From Camelus ferus (lineage: Eukaryota): 64,000 nt of DNA. The notes beneath the pieces were generated by a model that was not told the DNA's origin, made no database searches, and was given only the letters and a program-made list of their open reading frames with translations. The stretch is taken from assembly GCF_009834535.1 (NCBI RefSeq), contig NC_045707.1, positions 52,330,001 through 52,394,000 on the forward strand, in the 5' to 3' direction. Position numbers and translations under genes: made by a program. Below, in pieces: positions 63,945-64,000 of the stretch (position 1 is its first letter; every line of letters begins with the position of its first letter).

Positions 63945-64000
63945 TCTTTTTTAAAACATTTTTTAATTGAGTTATAGTCATTTCACAATGTTGTGTCAAA
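63945..64000 (-). mobile_element. Camelid-type L1 3' end running off the window
   Basis: ttttttaattgagttatagtcatttcacaatgttgtgtcaa, the same start as the 60.2 kb copy. Confidence 0.8.

Noticed and set aside
63420..63945. Possible DNA-transposon relic or terminal exon with AATAAA
   Set aside because: No TIR or convincing translated motif could be seen; left unassigned pending a Dfam search.

Overview
AT-rich mammalian genomic DNA, very probably camelid (alpaca, llama or camel). The assignment rests on three tRNA-derived Vic-1-type SINEs and three short L1 3' ends of the camelid type. I recognise no protein-coding exon of a known gene and no prokaryote-type system; the ORF track is mostly repeat-derived or chance ORFs. 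Much of the window is interspersed repeat (MIR, L2, L1, HAL1, MaLR and ERV LTRs, Tigger, Zaphod), and there is a 100-N assembly gap at 56527-56626. Main finding: a single old endogenous retrovirus appears to have been cut in two by an ~12.5 kb inversion (~36.7-49.2 kb). Its 3' half lies on the minus strand at 33255-36699 and its 5' half on the plus strand at 47257-49215. Re-inverting restores a colinear ~5.4 kb provirus flanked by a matching 5-bp TSD (GTAAG), and the two breakpoints share an inverted 21-bp sequence. The provirus is itself a mosaic: class III (ERVL-type) RT/RNase H, a gamma-type env TM remnant and an Arg-tRNA-like PBS. A repeat-poor block at ~10.6-21.1 kb carries a candidate plus-strand promoter/first exon and a CTCF-like site. 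Repeat subfamily names come from recalled consensus sequences and need RepeatMasker/Dfam confirmation; boundaries of old repeats are approximate.
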